Shown here: one piece after another, positions 1 to 14,911 of the stretch
Numbering within the stretch: the stretch's first letter is position 1
Layout: every line of letters starts with the position of its first letter
NCBI RefSeq assembly: GCF_009914755.1
Contig: NC_060939.1
Source: the human T2T-CHM13v2.0 reference genome, Homo sapiens
DNA: 64,000 nucleotides
Reading direction: 5' to 3' (one strand)
The notes under the pieces: generated by a model
Told to the model about the DNA's origin: nothing
The model's input: the letters and a program-made list of their open reading frames with translations, nothing else
Databases searched by the model: none
Made by a program: the position numbers and the translations under genes

Positions 1-1318
1 AAAATTCAGCTTATTATTCTAGATGTTTTACTTATGAGTTTACTATTTACCCCGTTACTGTTATTTCTGGCCTTCCTGTGGCAGTATTGCCATCCACTGA
101 AACTGTCCCCATAAGAGGAGCATTCGTAGGTTTTTAGGAATACTAAAAATACAAGTCACTCCCCATCTGTTATCTGTTGTTTCTTCCCCCAAAATTTGTG
201 TGATCCCTGCAATGGATGCTTACATTCATTCTTTTTATTTGCAAATCACTGACTCTTAAAATGAAAACTATTAAATTGTAGAACCACTCAGCAAGATGTA
301 CAAATTAAAATTATATTATAATAGGGAACCTAAGCTCAGTGTACGTTATTAATGCAGAGGAAAAGTATTTAAGAACAACTTGAGTGGTAGGGGGTCAGTT
401 TCTAAAGTGAGATGATGAACAAACTGTGTTGACCTGGAGGTTCCTTCTCAACTCGAGATGTCACATTCACTAGAAGGGGCAGGAACAAACCCCAGGTTGG
501 TCAGAACTGTCTCTCCCTATCTCAGGAGATTGCATTCTGGGCTGATTCTACAGTTATTCTTGAGAATTGCAAGTGAGAAAGGGGGAGAATCCATCTGATT
601 TACCCTCTGATAACCAGAGAACTGCATTACATTTTAACCTCAAAAAGTTACATTGTTCCCCATTGTAGTAATCCTCCTCCCACTCATAGCCTTGGCAATT
701 ATTGATCATCTTGATCTCAATAGATTTGCCTTTTCTAGAATGTCATATAAATGAAATCATTCTGTATGTAATAATTTAGGTATGTTTTTTCTCAGTTAGA
801 ATAACACTTTTGAGATTTATCATATTGTTTCATGTATCTGTAGTTTTTCTTTTATGTTGACTTGTACTCTTTCGTATTCTTTCTTGAATGAAAATACCAC
901 AATTTGCTCATTATTTTTATGGATATAAAATGTTATCAATATGGATAACTTCATGGATATAAACAGTCTAAATGGTCATTGTGATTTCAATTCACATCAA
1001 TGAGCATAGTTTGTACTTATTTGCCATTCATATCTATTGATTAATGGTTACCATTTTATTTTATAATGTTTATTAATTTATTCTTAAATTTAATCTTATA
1101 TGTATAATTCTCTATACAAGATTGATCACAGTTATACACTGAAAATAATATTTCATGCTGAGCCTCTGGCATCTCTTGCCATTTTCTTAAGTGACATTCA
1201 AAAACAACAATTATAATAATTTTTAATTGAATACATTACTTTTTCTGCTTTATAATATTTATTTCCTGTATACAAATTATTTCTTAACCTAAAATCACAA
1301 AGATTAACCTCTATGTTT

Positions 1319-1320
<2 letters not shown>

Positions 1321-1351
<31 letters not shown>
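1321..1351. repeat. (TG)n microsatellite at the tail end of an Alu
   Basis: About 15 perfect GT units directly adjoining the 3' end of a minus-strand Alu. Confidence 0.95.
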
Positions 1352-1352
<1 letters not shown>

Positions 1353-1353
1353 T

Positions 1354-1632
1354 TGAGACAAGGTCTCACTCTGTCATCCAGGCTGTAGTCTAGTGGCACT
1401 ATCTTGGCTTACTGCAACTTCCACCTTCCAGGCTCAAGTGATCCTCCTACCTCAGACTCTCAAGTAGCTGAGACTACAGCCACCACCATGCCTGGCTAAT
1501 TTTTTTGTGTTTTCATACAGCCAAGATTTCATCATGTTGTCCAGGCTGCTCCCAAACTCCTGGGCTCAAGTTATCCACCCCATTGGGCCTCCCAAGTGCT
1601 AGGATTACAGGCATGACCCATTGCGCCTGGCT
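1354..1632 (-). mobile_element. Alu (AluJ-like)
   Basis: Full dimeric Alu in antisense, highly diverged, J-type 'ctcctgggctcaag'. Confidence 0.93.
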
Positions 1633-3085
1633 GTTTTTTAGAAATTGTCTACCTTAAGGTTTTACATTTTAATCTATGATAAATTTTGAATAATTTTTAA
1701 TATATACTACAAAATAAGGGTGAACATTTTGGTTTTTATTTTTGGTATATGAATATTCAGTTGTTCAAGAATCATTTGTTGCAAACTCTGTCCTTTCGCC
1801 ATTAAATTTCTTTGGAACATGAGTCAAAAATCTACCAACCACATAAGTGTAGGTCTATTTCTGGGTGCTAAGCTGTTTCATTTATCTAAATATATATCCC
1901 TACACCAAAGCACACTATCTGTACTAATACTGCATTATATTAAATTTTGAAATAGGTAAAGTGAGTACCCTAACATTGTTCCTCCTTTTCTTAATGTGTT
2001 TGGCTATTCTACTTTGACTTTCTAATACAAATTTTAGAATCTATTTGTCAATTTCTACAAAAAAAAATAATGGGATGTTGATTGAGGATTTAGTGAATGC
2101 ATAGATTAAAATGTAAGAATCGCTCTCTTAATATTGACCTTCCAATTCATGAAATTAGTGTATCGCTGTATTTATTTAGATCTTTTAAAACTAATCTCAT
2201 CAGTGTTTCCTAATTCCCAGAGTACAATTTTTGCCAGATTTATCTCTAAGAATATCATTTTTATATTGCTGTAAATATATTTTAACTTCAATGCTCAATT
2301 TTTCATTATCGCTATAAGGGAAGACAGTTGATTTTCACCTATGCATTTTTGCAAACTAAGAAAATCTAGTGACAACCATGTGGTATATATATTGCTACAT
2401 GTGAGGCATGGACAAATGAACAACAAACATACATTTCTCCTATATCTGAGACATCAGTCAAGCTGATATTCGAACATATAGGCAATAAAAATCAGATTAG
2501 AGAGGCTGCATAGTTATGTGGAAATCCACAAAATGCATGTGCATACAACACTAATTTAAATGGTCACTGCAGGTATCCTGCAGGAAGTAATTTAAGATTG
2601 AAAACATGAATAAGTAGCTGAAAAACGATGCAAATTTAAGCTGGGAAAGACAAAAGAATGATTAGTATTCATGTAGAAACCATGACATGTATACAAGTCA
2701 AAATATTTGAGGCATCACAAGAATAGCAATTTCAGAACACATGAAGGAAGTTACAAATCTATGTCAGGGCTAGATTTTTAAGAAATTATGTGGGGTTGAG
2801 GCTCAGCCCCTGCATTGGCAAAGAAAAAGTTATGGGTGATGAAAATAGACAACCTAAAGTCCTGGAAAAGAGTCCACACAAAATTTTAGTATTTTCAAGG
2901 TAGAAGCTTCTCTTGACTCAGTTGGACCTCCCTGTGAAAAATACGAAATCAGAAAAGGAACTTTCCACCTAGAAAACGAATTTCAGTACCAAGCATAGGT
3001 TGCTTTCACGCCTAAACCCCTCCTTACTTGAATTGCAGAAGTACCTGCTATACTGTAGTTTTTGGGCATGAGGGACCCCTGTGCT

Positions 3086-3206
3086 CACAGCGCCATCTAG
3101 CATCAACAGAAAGGGGGGCTGATGGCAATAGAAAGGGGGGCTGATGGCAGCCTTAATAAATTCAGGAGAGGAAAAAAAAAAACACAAAACAAAACAGATG
3201 GCGGCC
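3086..3206. promoter_or_regulatory. Promoter-proximal motif cluster: CTCF-like site, short tandem duplication, YY1-like site
   Basis: 'cagcgccatctag' (3088-3100; reverse complement CTAGATGGCGCTG resembles the CTCF core); 'agaaaggggggctgatggca' twice (3108-3127, 3130-3149); 'agatggcggcc' near 3196-3206. Confidence 0.4.
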
Positions 3207-3649
3207 CAGCATCCAGGAACTGCTGTGTTCATTTGAGTAGGATTTTTCTTATATTCGTTTAAAAACTGAAACATAATTCATAATTGCTGCAGGGGTTAGG
3301 GGTGAAATGCAATTGGTAACCATTCCCAGTAAAGACTCAGGGAATCCTGGCCCAAGACCACATTTCCTGTCATTTAACGCAAGGGTTAAAAGGTCGAAGT
3401 GAATCCCATTACGCTAACTGATTTCATTTACAAACATGGATGTATAGGAGTGTGTTACTATGCACGGAATCATACTTCGGATGTGAGTGTAAAACGAGTT
3501 CAGCTGATTTTGCACTGTCACATTAAACCCGGAACCATGTGTTTCCATATACATCACGCTCCTCTTTGGTAGCACTACAGTTCATAAGATGAATGTAATT
3601 TCTTAGATTACAGCCTTAACGGGTTATTACTCTTTCAATGTTTTCTAAT

Positions 3650-4010
3650 GTGATATAGATGTCGGACGTATTCGCTCAAGTATACGTGGCGGGGCCGGGG
3701 TCCCGACCGTCTGTCGGAGCGAGCTGTGCCGCAAAGCCCAGCTACTCCGATCTCACAGGGATGGTGGCAGGAAATGCGCCATTGTTCGGCGCAGCGAAAC
3801 AGCCCGCAGTGCGCTGTAGGAAGGTCACATGACAGAGGGGGAAGACGGTGGCCGGCAGCAGCCGATCCACTGCGCGCCTGCGCGGCTCCGGTGGCGTGAA
3901 TGTCGCTGGTCTCCCGTCACCGTTTCCGTTTCCGGGCGAGTCTGTTCGGCTTATGGCGTCTGCTAGGAGTCTCCTATCCGGCGTTTGTGCCGCAGAAAAC
4001 CTTTAACCTG
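3650..4010. promoter_or_regulatory. CpG-island promoter, TATA-less, possibly bidirectional
   Basis: Dense non-repeat CpGs; GC box at 3687-3695; minus-strand YY1-like 'cgccattgtt' at 3777-3786; E-box GTCACATGAC at 3824-3833; NRF1-type GCGCCTGCGC at 3874-3883; tandem ETS 'tttccgtttccgg' at 3923-3935. Confidence 0.85.
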
Positions 4011-4078
4011 CGTTTTACCCGTAAACATTTTCCTTTTTAGGCTTCCTATCATTGTTTTGGTTCTTGCTCCTGTATTAA

Positions 4079-4393
<315 letters not shown>

Positions 4394-4924
4394 GTATTAA
4401 CTTTGTTTTAACCTAAGTTTTGTTTCTTTTTCCCATAAAAATACCTTAGTGTTTATGCAACACTGTCTTTTCATAAACGTTGCACAGACCATGATTTTAT
4501 ACCCTTTCTTTTAAATATTAATTTTCATTTCTCTTTTTTCTGCATTCGTCTGAAAAATTGAATTATTTTTCAATAATTTTGAAATTACTGTCATTTTTTA
4601 AGGGATACTTCTTTAATCATGTTTGTATTTTCCCTAAGATTCTCGATTGACTCTCTTTTATCTTTTCCAACTAAGCACCTGTTTTACGAGAGGTATTGTG
4701 GGGGCTTCAAGGTCAAACTTTCCCCCAATGCCTCTATATCCATTATAAAATACCATTTTTTATTTTAACAAAAAGTTGTACAAGGTTGAAAGAAGTTTCT
4801 CAGCTATATGCTTTTCTCTGTATCCTGACTTCCCTTACTTCATCACTCTATCCATCACTTTACAACTGATAATTCAATCCCAAAATTCTTTTACTAATCG
4901 GCTTATTAAATTTGTGCCTTCCAT

Positions 4925-5262
4925 TTGAAGAACCGGGGGTTACCCAAGGCCTGATTTTTCCTAGGACACTGGGAGAACACAAGATCTGGTTCCCAGTGCC
5001 AGAGAGATGATCACCTAGGAAGAAACAAGTCATAGGTCAGACAAGAGCCACAAGGGCGTCTGCCGTTCTAAACACATTTCCTGTTAGACAGACACTTGGT
5101 TATGGGTCAGACAGTTATGGCTTAGGGCATTGGCCACGTAAAAGAAGTATCCCATGAACGGCACACTGTAAACACCCATTTCCAGCTCCCTTTCATCTCC
5201 CATTACGGCAGAGTTGATCGCCATTCTGGTACCAGGACCTGGATATAGTTGTAAGTTCCTAG
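4925..5262. mobile_element. ERVL-type LTR fragment (MER74/MER73-like), opposite orientation to the copies at 16.5 and 50.1 kb
   Basis: 'ggtcagacaagagccacaagggcgtctgcc...aaagaagtatcccatgaacggcacactgtaaaca' is reverse-complementary to parts of 16505-16750. Confidence 0.6.
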
Positions 5263-5319
5263 AACCGGAGGTCAGAATTGGCCTTGTACAGTACCTGTAG
5301 GAGTCTAAATGAGGGCTAC

Positions 5320-5720
5320 CTACTGGAAGTCAATGAAACAAAGATTTAAGGTGGATCTAAATGGAAATACATATATCTCAAACTGCTATACACATAATAG
5401 TCTGATTTTGTACATATGAACTTGAAAGTAAAAGTAATTCATAAATGAATTCGCAATATTTTGAAACTAATTCTGATCTGAATTGGATTTTGAATCAGAA
5501 GTCATGGATGTCTTCCACCGTCTGTGCCATGAAGAGAGATGGCAATGAGGCATTCCTTAGTAAATGAGGCTGCACTACTCTGTGATTTCAACCTGTCCTG
5601 CTGACACCTTTGTGCATGTTTTGCTGCAGGTGACATTACAGAAGGAAATAGCAGAAGGTTTCAAAACAAGTTCATCCATGTGCAGACAATGAAAACTATG
5701 CCATGGCTGCAAGAAGGCTA
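5320..5720 (-). mobile_element. Kanga1/MER104-family (Tc2/pogo-like) DNA transposon relic
   Basis: 'tctgtgccatgaagagagatggcaatgaggcattcctt' is the antisense of a decayed transposase C-terminus (KKCCITNALDGTEDD-like); paralogs at 23.3, 43.5 and 58.9 kb. Confidence 0.6.
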
Positions 5721-6849
5721 ACAGAATTGTAACATTTGACAGAAAATAATACAAAAAAGTGAAATATGATAAGTAAGAAGGATATGGAAATATTTATTAA
5801 GGGAGCCATATTAGTAGAGCTACATCTTACAGAACAAGAACATCTTCCTTGATCAAAGGGGCAAAACTTTCCAGGAGAGAAAAGGAGCATATGAGGTAGA
5901 AATAGCGTGATCCATAAGAGGGTCTCTACAATGGCTTGAGAATGGGGAGACAAGAAGAGTCAGGGAGACAGCAGGGTTTACACCTGTTCTGAGAACAGAA
6001 AGGAGCAAAAAAAAAATGTTCATTTTCAAGTTCAAATCCTCTTCAGATTGAAAGATAGAGTTAATTGGGGAAAAGACAAGAATATAGTAAAGAGTTTGAG
6101 AGATTCATTCATATGTAAAATTCAATATTAAAATAATCTGTGTTGCTTTTTGGCCACTGCATGTGTTGGGCTCACAGGGGAAAATATTTTTAAAATTTAT
6201 GTCCTCTGATTTCAGTCCAGTGGGAATTCAGAAAACTTAACAAAATCCAAACTGTAAGTGGAAGCGTGCCCCTGGGAACTGAGAGGACAGGCATGAGACC
6301 TGTAATGGGATGGACAAGGAAGGCCTCTAGGATGAGGAACATTGGAGGAGATTCTGAAGATTGAGGAACGGTTTTTGACCAAGCAGAGGAGGGGAATTAG
6401 AAGAGGAAAAAGACTGTCCATGGCACAGGCCAGGGCATGAGAAAGGGGCAGTGGATTTCAAGGAATTCTGGGAGCTACTGTTTGTAAATTATAGGAGTAA
6501 AAAGGGAAGAGCACTGTGGGACTGGGTGTTAATCCAGTGTAGATGTTTCTCCATGTACATACACTTGTTCACACAGCTGAGCCTAGTCTACATGTCTCCT
6601 TATGTTCTTTGGTATTCTCCTACAAGCCTCATGATTGTTTTTGGTGTCTCAGAGCATAACATGCGTTACAATTCCAGAAAAATATGCAAGGTCTGGGAGG
6701 AAGAAATTTGTATTATTTCACTCAAGTAACATCCCATTACCTTTGTAATAGTCTGTGTTTCAAGTACATCCCATATCCTGTCCACTGTCAGGCGTGGCAG
6801 ATTATACTACAGGGTTTTGTAAAACAACAGGTAGGGTTCATTGAGCACC

Positions 6850-7010
6850 ATCTTATGGTCTACCTGTCACATCGGGTCTTTTCCAATCTGCAGTAGTTTC
6901 TCAGTCTATTTTGCATGACTTTGACCCTTTTGAAAAGAACTGATCAGGAATTTTGTGGGGTGTCCCACAATATGGATTTGTCTCATGTCTTCTCATGATT
7001 AGACTGGGGA
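6850..7010 (-). mobile_element. L1MC-type 3' UTR fragment
   Basis: 'catgactttgacccttttgaaaagaactgatcagg...ggatttgtctcatgtcttctcatgattaga'. Confidence 0.6.
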
Positions 7011-7080
7011 CATGCATAAATTAAACATGTCTAAATTTGATGACAAGAAAAACTGTACAATATACTATTAAGTAAGGTAA

Positions 7081-7363
7081 GGCTAGGCACAGTGGTTCAT
7101 GCCTGTAATCCCAATCCTTTGGCAGGCTGAGGCAGGAGAATTGCTTAAGCCCAGGAGTTCAAGATCAGGCTGGGCAACATGGTGAGACCCCCATCTCTAC
7201 AATAAATTTTAAAAATTAGCCAGGGTTTGTGGCACTTGCCTGTAGTCCCAGCTACCCAGGAGGCTGAGGCAGGAGGATTGCTTGAGCCTAGGAAGTCAAG
7301 GCTGTGGTGAACCGTCTTCATGCCATTGCAATACAGCCTGGAAAACAGAATGAGATCATATCT
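7081..7363 (+). mobile_element. Alu (AluJ-like)
   Basis: Full dimer with J-type 'ttaagcccaggagttcaag' and 'aggattgcttgagcc'. Confidence 0.93.
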
Positions 7364-7383
7364 CTCATTTTGGGGAGGTGGGG

Positions 7384-7581
7384 GGACAGGGTCTCACTCT
7401 GTCACCCAGACTGGAGTGCAGTGGCGTGATCTTGGCTCACCACAACCTCCGCCTCCTGGGTTCAAGTGATTCACCTGCCTCAGCCTCTTGAGTAGCTGTG
7501 ATTACAGGAATGTGCCACTACTGCCCGGCAAATTTTTGTATTTTTAGTAGAGATGGGGTTTCACCATGTTGGCCAGGCTGA
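7384..7581 (-). mobile_element. Partial Alu (AluS-like), inverted relative to the preceding Alu
   Basis: Antisense right monomer plus part of the left monomer. Confidence 0.92.
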
Positions 7582-10500
7582 GGGACCATATCTCAAAAGA
7601 GAAAAAAGAAATGCAAACTTAGAAAAATAAGCAAAAAAGGGAAATGTCAATTAGCAAACTTAGAATACTGGTAAACTTCATGGGGTTAGGAAGTGGATTG
7701 AATTGGAGAATTGCACACATGAGGCAATGTTGGTAATGTTCTGTTTATTAAACTAGGAAGTGACTTTTTAAAAAATATTAATTTTTCTATTAAATATTTT
7801 AAAATGCTTTTATATTTACAGAGCACTTTCAGAGACAGTGCAGATGATTTATATATACCCCAAACACAGTTTTCTTATTAATCTCTTAAATTAATGTTGC
7901 AAATTTCTCAAAATTAAACTAGTGTTATATATTATAATTCAATAACATCACACTTTTGTTCAGATTTCTTAGTTTTCTTTTATTGTCCATTTCATGTTCT
8001 AGGATTTCATCCAGGATATCATGTATTCCTAGACTCTTTTTGCTTTGACAGTTTCTTAGATCTTTCTTGCTTTTGAGGTCATTGACATCCCTCATGTGGG
8101 ATTTCACTGATGTTTTTCTAATGTTTTGACTGGAGTTGTCAGTTTTAGGGAAGAAGATTACAGACAGAATATGCCATCTCATCACATCATATCAAGGGTA
8201 CACACTATCAACATGCTTATTACTGTTGACATTAACTTGATAATTTCCATGAGATAATTTAGGTCAGGGATCACCATTTCTTCAAAGAATCTTAGTTCTT
8301 TATATTGTAAGGTAATTTTTGTTCCCCTTTCCATGTTGACCTTTTTAAAAAGAAGTCACTGTGCCCAGCACATATTTAAGAATTGGAAAAACATGCTCCA
8401 CCTCCTGCTAGGCAGAGCTTCTACAATGCCATTTATGTTTCTTTACCATGGACAATTTCTCTATTCTGCTCCATGCATTATTTATATTCATCATTTAATA
8501 TATCATATAAAATATATGAAATCACAAATATTTACTTCACACTATAATTACTAGTTTATTGATTTTGTTCCTCAAATTGTTTTAGAGTTTGCCATGTAAG
8601 GTCTTTCAGATGATTCCTATACCATTTTGATATATCTACGTTGTTGCAGTTTGATTTTGTTTTTTGTTTGTTTGTTTGTTTGTTTGACTGCTTTGTTGGT
8701 TGTGTTATTGTTTAGCATTTTATTACTTTCTGGCACTATAAAGTGTTCAAGCTTAATTGTTTTGATTCCCTACCCAAGCCTAATGTTCGTAATTTCTTCA
8801 AGGAGTTTTTATTTTTATTGGTGTCTAGTATTAGAAACAATGATCTGGGCAGTGGGTGCACTCATTGCTACTAGGTGATCTGTTGATTCTGGGCTTTGCC
8901 AGCTGACAGGAATATATCTGCATATTAACTCCACAAAAACACATATGTAAAAATATATCTACATTTGTCTATGTATATCTATATAAATTTAAACCTGTAT
9001 TCCCACTAATGTCTCCAATTCTAATCCAGTACCACATGAATGAATCTACTTATTTTTACTACTTGCATATAACCTCTCATTCTAACAATGAGAAAACTGG
9101 CCCCCTTTATGAAAACGTTGAGTCCCAAAATATATGCAGACTGGTATCAGAGTTGGTCATTCATACTCCCATAGGAAAGGACTTTATAAATTAAAATGTG
9201 TAAGTATATTATTTTACCTGTGTTTCTCAATGGAATGGCCCCTTTCAATAATGTTTTAATTTGTATACATTTTTATTCACTCTTTGTGATATAAAGTTCT
9301 GTAGAATTTTACAAATAGTAGCATTAACTGACCATTTTCGTAGCATAGAGAAAAATTTCACTGCTGGAAAGAAATCTGTAATTTTCCTTTCCAACCTTCC
9401 TCTCACAAGTTCCTAGTAGCCTCTAATCATTTTAGTATAATTTCAACTTTCCGCAATGTCATATAAATTATATTGAACAGTACATAGTGATGCAAACTAC
9501 CTTCATTTTCTTATAAATATGCCTTTAAGATTAGTGAAGCAGTGAAGTGTATCACACAATGAATTTGATCTGTGTTTTACTAAGGACTAAATTTGTTGAG
9601 CATTGTACATTTGTATAACTTCTTTGGGAAGATGTCTAGTCACACAAAAATTTTGCCCCTTATTTATTAGGATATTTTTCTTTTTATTTTTTAGTTGTAA
9701 GAGCATTTTACATATTGTGGCTAATAGACCCCTATCAAGTGTATGATTTGCAAACATTTTTTCCCATTGTTTGGGTTATCTCGATTGTGTACTTTGAATA
9801 ATGAAAGTTTTAAGTTTTGATGATGTTCAATGTATGGGTTTTGTTTTTTTTTTTTTTTGCTTGTTACTTGTATTTTGATGAAATATCTTAGACTCTATTG
9901 TTTAACCTAAGGCTGTGAAGACTAATTCATACATTCACTTTCATAGATTTTGTCATTTTAACTCTTACATTTAGGCCTATGATCCACTTTAAGCCAATTG
10001 TTTATATGATGTGAGGGAGGAATCCAGCCTGCAAGTGGATATCCACTTCTGCCAGCAACGTTTATTGGAAGAAACATTTTTCCATATTGATATGCTTTCA
10101 CAATCTTTAAAATCATTTAAACCATAAATATAAAGGTAATTTTGTGGACCCTCAGTTCTATCCAATAACACATATGGCTAAACTTATACCAGTACCACAA
10201 TGTCTTGATTACTATCAGTTTGTAATAAGTTTTGAAGTCAAGAACTATGAGTCAAGTACTCCAACTGTATTCTTTTGGGTTAGTTTTGGCTATTCCGGAG
10301 CAATTGCATTTTCATATGAAATTTAGAAGTAGCTTGCCAATAACTGCATTTTTTAAAGAAGCAGTATTTTACTATGGATTGTATTAAATCCATAAATCCA
10401 TTTGGGAAGTATTGTCATCATCACAGTATTAAGTTTTCTAATCATTGATCATGGGATTTTTATTTTTACATTTTTTAGGACATCTTCAGTATCTTTCAAT

Positions 10501-10610
10501 ACATTTTATAGTTTTCAATGTACATATTTTACACAGATTTCATTAAATTATTCCTAAGTATATCTCCACTTTGAAGCTTTTTACATAGGAACAGTTTTCT
10601 GACTTTCATT

Positions 10611-10939
<329 letters not shown>

Positions 10940-10959
10940 TAGAAACAGAATTGCTGGTC

Positions 10960-11491
<532 letters not shown>

Positions 11492-12297
11492 TTTGTATAC
11501 TGCAAAGTTACTGAACTTGTTTTTAGATTCTAATCTTACTTTACTGAATTCCTTAGGATTTTCTATACACAGGATTATGTCATTTGCAAACAAAGATGGT
11601 TTAACTTCTTCCTTTCTATTGTGAATGTCTTACATTTTTTGTAGCCTAATTGTCCTGGCTACATCCTCCAATACTCTGTTGAATAGAAGTGGCAAGAGTG
11701 GACCTCAGTGTCTTATTTCTAATCCTGGAGAAATTACTGAGGCTTCCATGACATTGTATGTTTCTATGTGAATTTTTAATTGATGCTCTTTATAGGCAAA
11801 GTTCCCTTCTATGCTTCATTTGCTCAATGTTTTCATAAATGCTCCAATCATAAATGGGGTTTTAATTAGTCAAATGCTTATTCTTCATCTTAAGTGATCA
11901 TGTGTTTTTACTCTTTATACTATTTAGATAGTATATTTTACTAATTGTTTTTGTATGTTTATCCAAACTTGCAATGCTGGAATAAATACCCTTGGTCATA
12001 GTGTATATCCTTTGTCTACGGTGCTTTTGTGTTTTGATAGTTTTTCCTTGAGGATTCTCGTATTTATAAGGCATGTTGGTCTCTAATTTTCCTTTCTTAC
12101 AATGTCTTTTTCCAGTTGTAGTATCAGGTTAACTGACTTCATAAAATGCATTGGGAAGTGCTCTCTTTTTCCTTTTTGGTTTTCGTTCCTTTGTTTGTTT
12201 TCTTCTTCTCTTGGGAGAGGAGTTAGTGAAGGATTGTTATAAATTCTTTAAAGTTTTGGTATAATTTACTAGTGAAGTAATCTCACCCTGGGCATGT

Positions 12298-12490
12298 AAT
12301 TGAATCCTAACAACAATCTGTGAGCTTGGAAGATGATTCCTCCCCAGCTGAACCTTCAGCTGAGACTTCAGCCTAGACATCATCTACACCAGGATTCATG
12401 CCCTAAAGAAACAGTGAGTAATATGTGTGTGTGTGGTTTTGAGGCACTTTGCTGTATAAATGAGTTATACAGCAATAAATAAGTAATAAA
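12298..12490 (+). mobile_element. MLT1 (MaLR) LTR 3' fragment
   Basis: 'gtgagcttggaagatgattcctccccagctgaaccttcag...gttatacagcaataaataagtaata'. Confidence 0.7.
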
Positions 12491-12491
12491 C

Positions 12492-12730
12492 CTGACAGTT
12501 AATGTACTGTGGCATCTGGAATGAATCATTGACAGAAAAAGTGACATTAATGTAAAATCGGGTAAAGTATAAAGACAGTCTGTATTTCAGTTAATGGTTT
12601 TTACCACATTCAATTTTATTTGTTTTCACAAATATGTTATGGCTATTTAAGATGTTAAGATTGCAAGAAGCTGAATGGTATACAAAACTCTTTATATTCT
12701 CCTTATACCTTTCAGTAATCTAAAATTAAT
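12492..12730 (+). mobile_element. L1MC4/5-like 3' end
   Basis: 'cagaaaaagtgacattaatgtaaaa...atggctatttaagatgttaagattg...aatctaaaattaatt'. Confidence 0.6.
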
Positions 12731-12734
12731 TGTT

Positions 12735-14280
12735 ATTTTTAATTGTCAGATAATAAGTGTATGTACTCTTACTCATGGGGTTAATTGTGGTGTTTTGTTA
12801 TATGTATACATTGTGGAATGGTCAAATTAGGCTAATCATCATATCCATTACCTCAAATATTTATTATTTCTTTGTGGTGAGAACATTTAAAATCATCTCT
12901 TTTAGCTGTTTTGGGAAATATACAACACATTCTTATTATCTATATTCACCATGCTGTGAAATAAATCACCAGACATTATTCCTCCTGTCTAATAGAAACT
13001 TCAAACCCTTTGACCAATGTCTCTCCTTCCCCAACCACCCCTTCATAACAACCTGTGGTAACCACCATATGATTCTCCACTTCTATGAGTTTGACTTCTA
13101 AGATTCCACATATAATTGAGATCATATGGTAATCGTCCCTCTGTGTCTAGCCTATTTTACCTAGCATAATGTACTGTAGGTTCATCCAAGTTGTTGCAAA
13201 TGACAGAATTTCCTATATTTTTAAGGCTGAATGGTATCACATTGTGTATATGTACCACATTTTTGTTAATCCATTTATCCATTAATGAGCTCTTAAATTG
13301 TTTCCAAATCTTGGCTAATGTAAATAATGCTGAAATGAACATGAGAGTAAAGACATCTCTTCAACATAGTGATTCCAATTTTTTTGGCATATACCCTGGA
13401 GAGAGATTGCTATATCATATAGTAATTCTATTTTTAATTTCTTGTGACACTTCCATAGTATTTTCTAAAATATCTGTACTAATTGACATTCCCACCTACA
13501 ATGTACAAAGTTTGTCTTTTTTCATTTCCTCACCAACATTTGTTATATTTCATCATCCTGACAATAGCCAAAGTAGCAGGTGTGAGCCAATATCTCATTA
13601 TGATTTTAATTTACACTTCTCTGATGATTACAAATGTTGAAGAATTTTTTCATATGTCTGTTGGACAGTTGTATGTCTTATTTTGAAGTCCTTTGCCCAT
13701 TTTTTATGTTGTTACTTATACTCTTGTAATTAAGTAGTGCTGAGACCAGCTCGGTCGTGGAGACCATAATCCTGTGGCACTAGAGGAATTAAAGACACAC
13801 ACACAGAAATGTAGGGTGTGGAGTGGGAAATCAGGGGTCTCACAGCCTTCAGAGCTGAGAGCCCCGAACAGAGACTTACCCACATATTTATTGACAGCAA
13901 GCCAGTGATAAGCATTGTTTCTATAGATTATAGATTTACTAAAAGTATTCCCCCATGGGAAACAAAGGGATGGGCCAAAAGGAAGGGATGGGTCTGGCTA
14001 GTTATCTGCAGCAGGAACATGTCCTTAAGGCACAGATCACTCATGCCATTGTTTGTGATTTAGGAATGCCTTTAAGCGGTTTTCCGCCCTGGGTGGACCA
14101 GGTGTTCCTTGCCCTCATCCCGGTAAACCCACAACCTTCAGCGTGGGCATCATGGCCATCACAAACATGTCACAGTGCTGCAGAGATTTTGTTTATGGCC
14201 AGTTTTGGGGCCAGTTTATGGCCAGATTTGGGGGTCTGTTCCCAACAAAGTAGTTTGAGTCTTGTATATTTTTTAAGCAT
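12735..14280 (-). mobile_element. L1MA-type 3' end (also present in U3 at 45175-46450), interrupted by a MER9 LTR
   Basis: 'agattccacatataattgagatcatatgg' and 'ttgttgcaaatgacagaattt'; same right flank as the U3 copy. Confidence 0.85.
13738..14247 (-). mobile_element. MER9 (HERV-K9/HML3) solo LTR
   Basis: TG...CA termini, MER9-like sequence, perfect 6-bp TSD aagtag (13732-13737 and 14248-14253). Confidence 0.88.
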
Positions 14281-14911
14281 TTCACAATTAAAATCTTATT
14301 TTAAAAGTGTTGTTTTGGTACCAAAAAAAAACTACACAGACATAAACAAATAACCTCCATCAGGTAATGATGATTCATTGGATGATGGTCATATACATAG
14401 GGAGAGAATAGGAAAGCATCTTCCTTATCTATTCACAATTCTAAATTCAGGTGCATCTGCTTCAGAAAGACACCATCAAGCTCCAGGAACTTTTCTCCTC
14501 TTTCTTTTTTCCCACTGGCTTCCCATTACATAGTCACCACTTTCCTGAGTGTCAGTAATCACTTCTTCAAAGAAAGCTTCCTGTGTCTCACATATCACAG
14601 AAAACCCCATTTTAAGAAGTTGTCAGATAGTTTATCTACAAGATCCCACTAAAGCCTTTTTGGAAGGCAGGGATTCAGGACATTAGAAGGAAAGATTGAG
14701 AGATACCAATGACAAGGAACATAAGTCATATTTCTGCATTTAGGAGAGTGTTTCCATGTGCAAGGAATCCTTCTTTAAATTTTCACATGACAACTATACC
14801 TTCAAGACTTTGAGAGAACCCTGTGATAATGAAGTTATTTTATTCTATAGACTCCACCATGAATTTATTGGGAGAATGTGTTCTGCTGAGATTTCGTTGT
14901 GGAATTATTGT

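Larger units (their letters stand above)
655..2370 (-). mobile_element. Old L1M (L1MC/ME-type) 3' UTR and ORF2 remnant, interrupted by (TG)n and an Alu
   Basis: Antisense L1 phrases such as 'gccttttctagaatgtcatataaatgaaatcat' and 'aattttagaatctatttgtcaatttctacaaaaaa'. Confidence 0.75.

Noticed and set aside
3953-4006. ATG in the CpG island ([17 protein letters not shown])
   Set aside because: Stops after 17 codons with no convincing splice donor; better read as a YY1-like motif
14330-14350. 'cacagacataaacaa' (HRHKQ), and 'gcaaacttgtttt' (KLVF) near 21048, suggesting V1R pseudogenes
   Set aside because: Flanking sequence does not extend into other V1R motifs and the order and spacing are wrong; a tBLASTn/HMM search would be needed to exclude very decayed remnants
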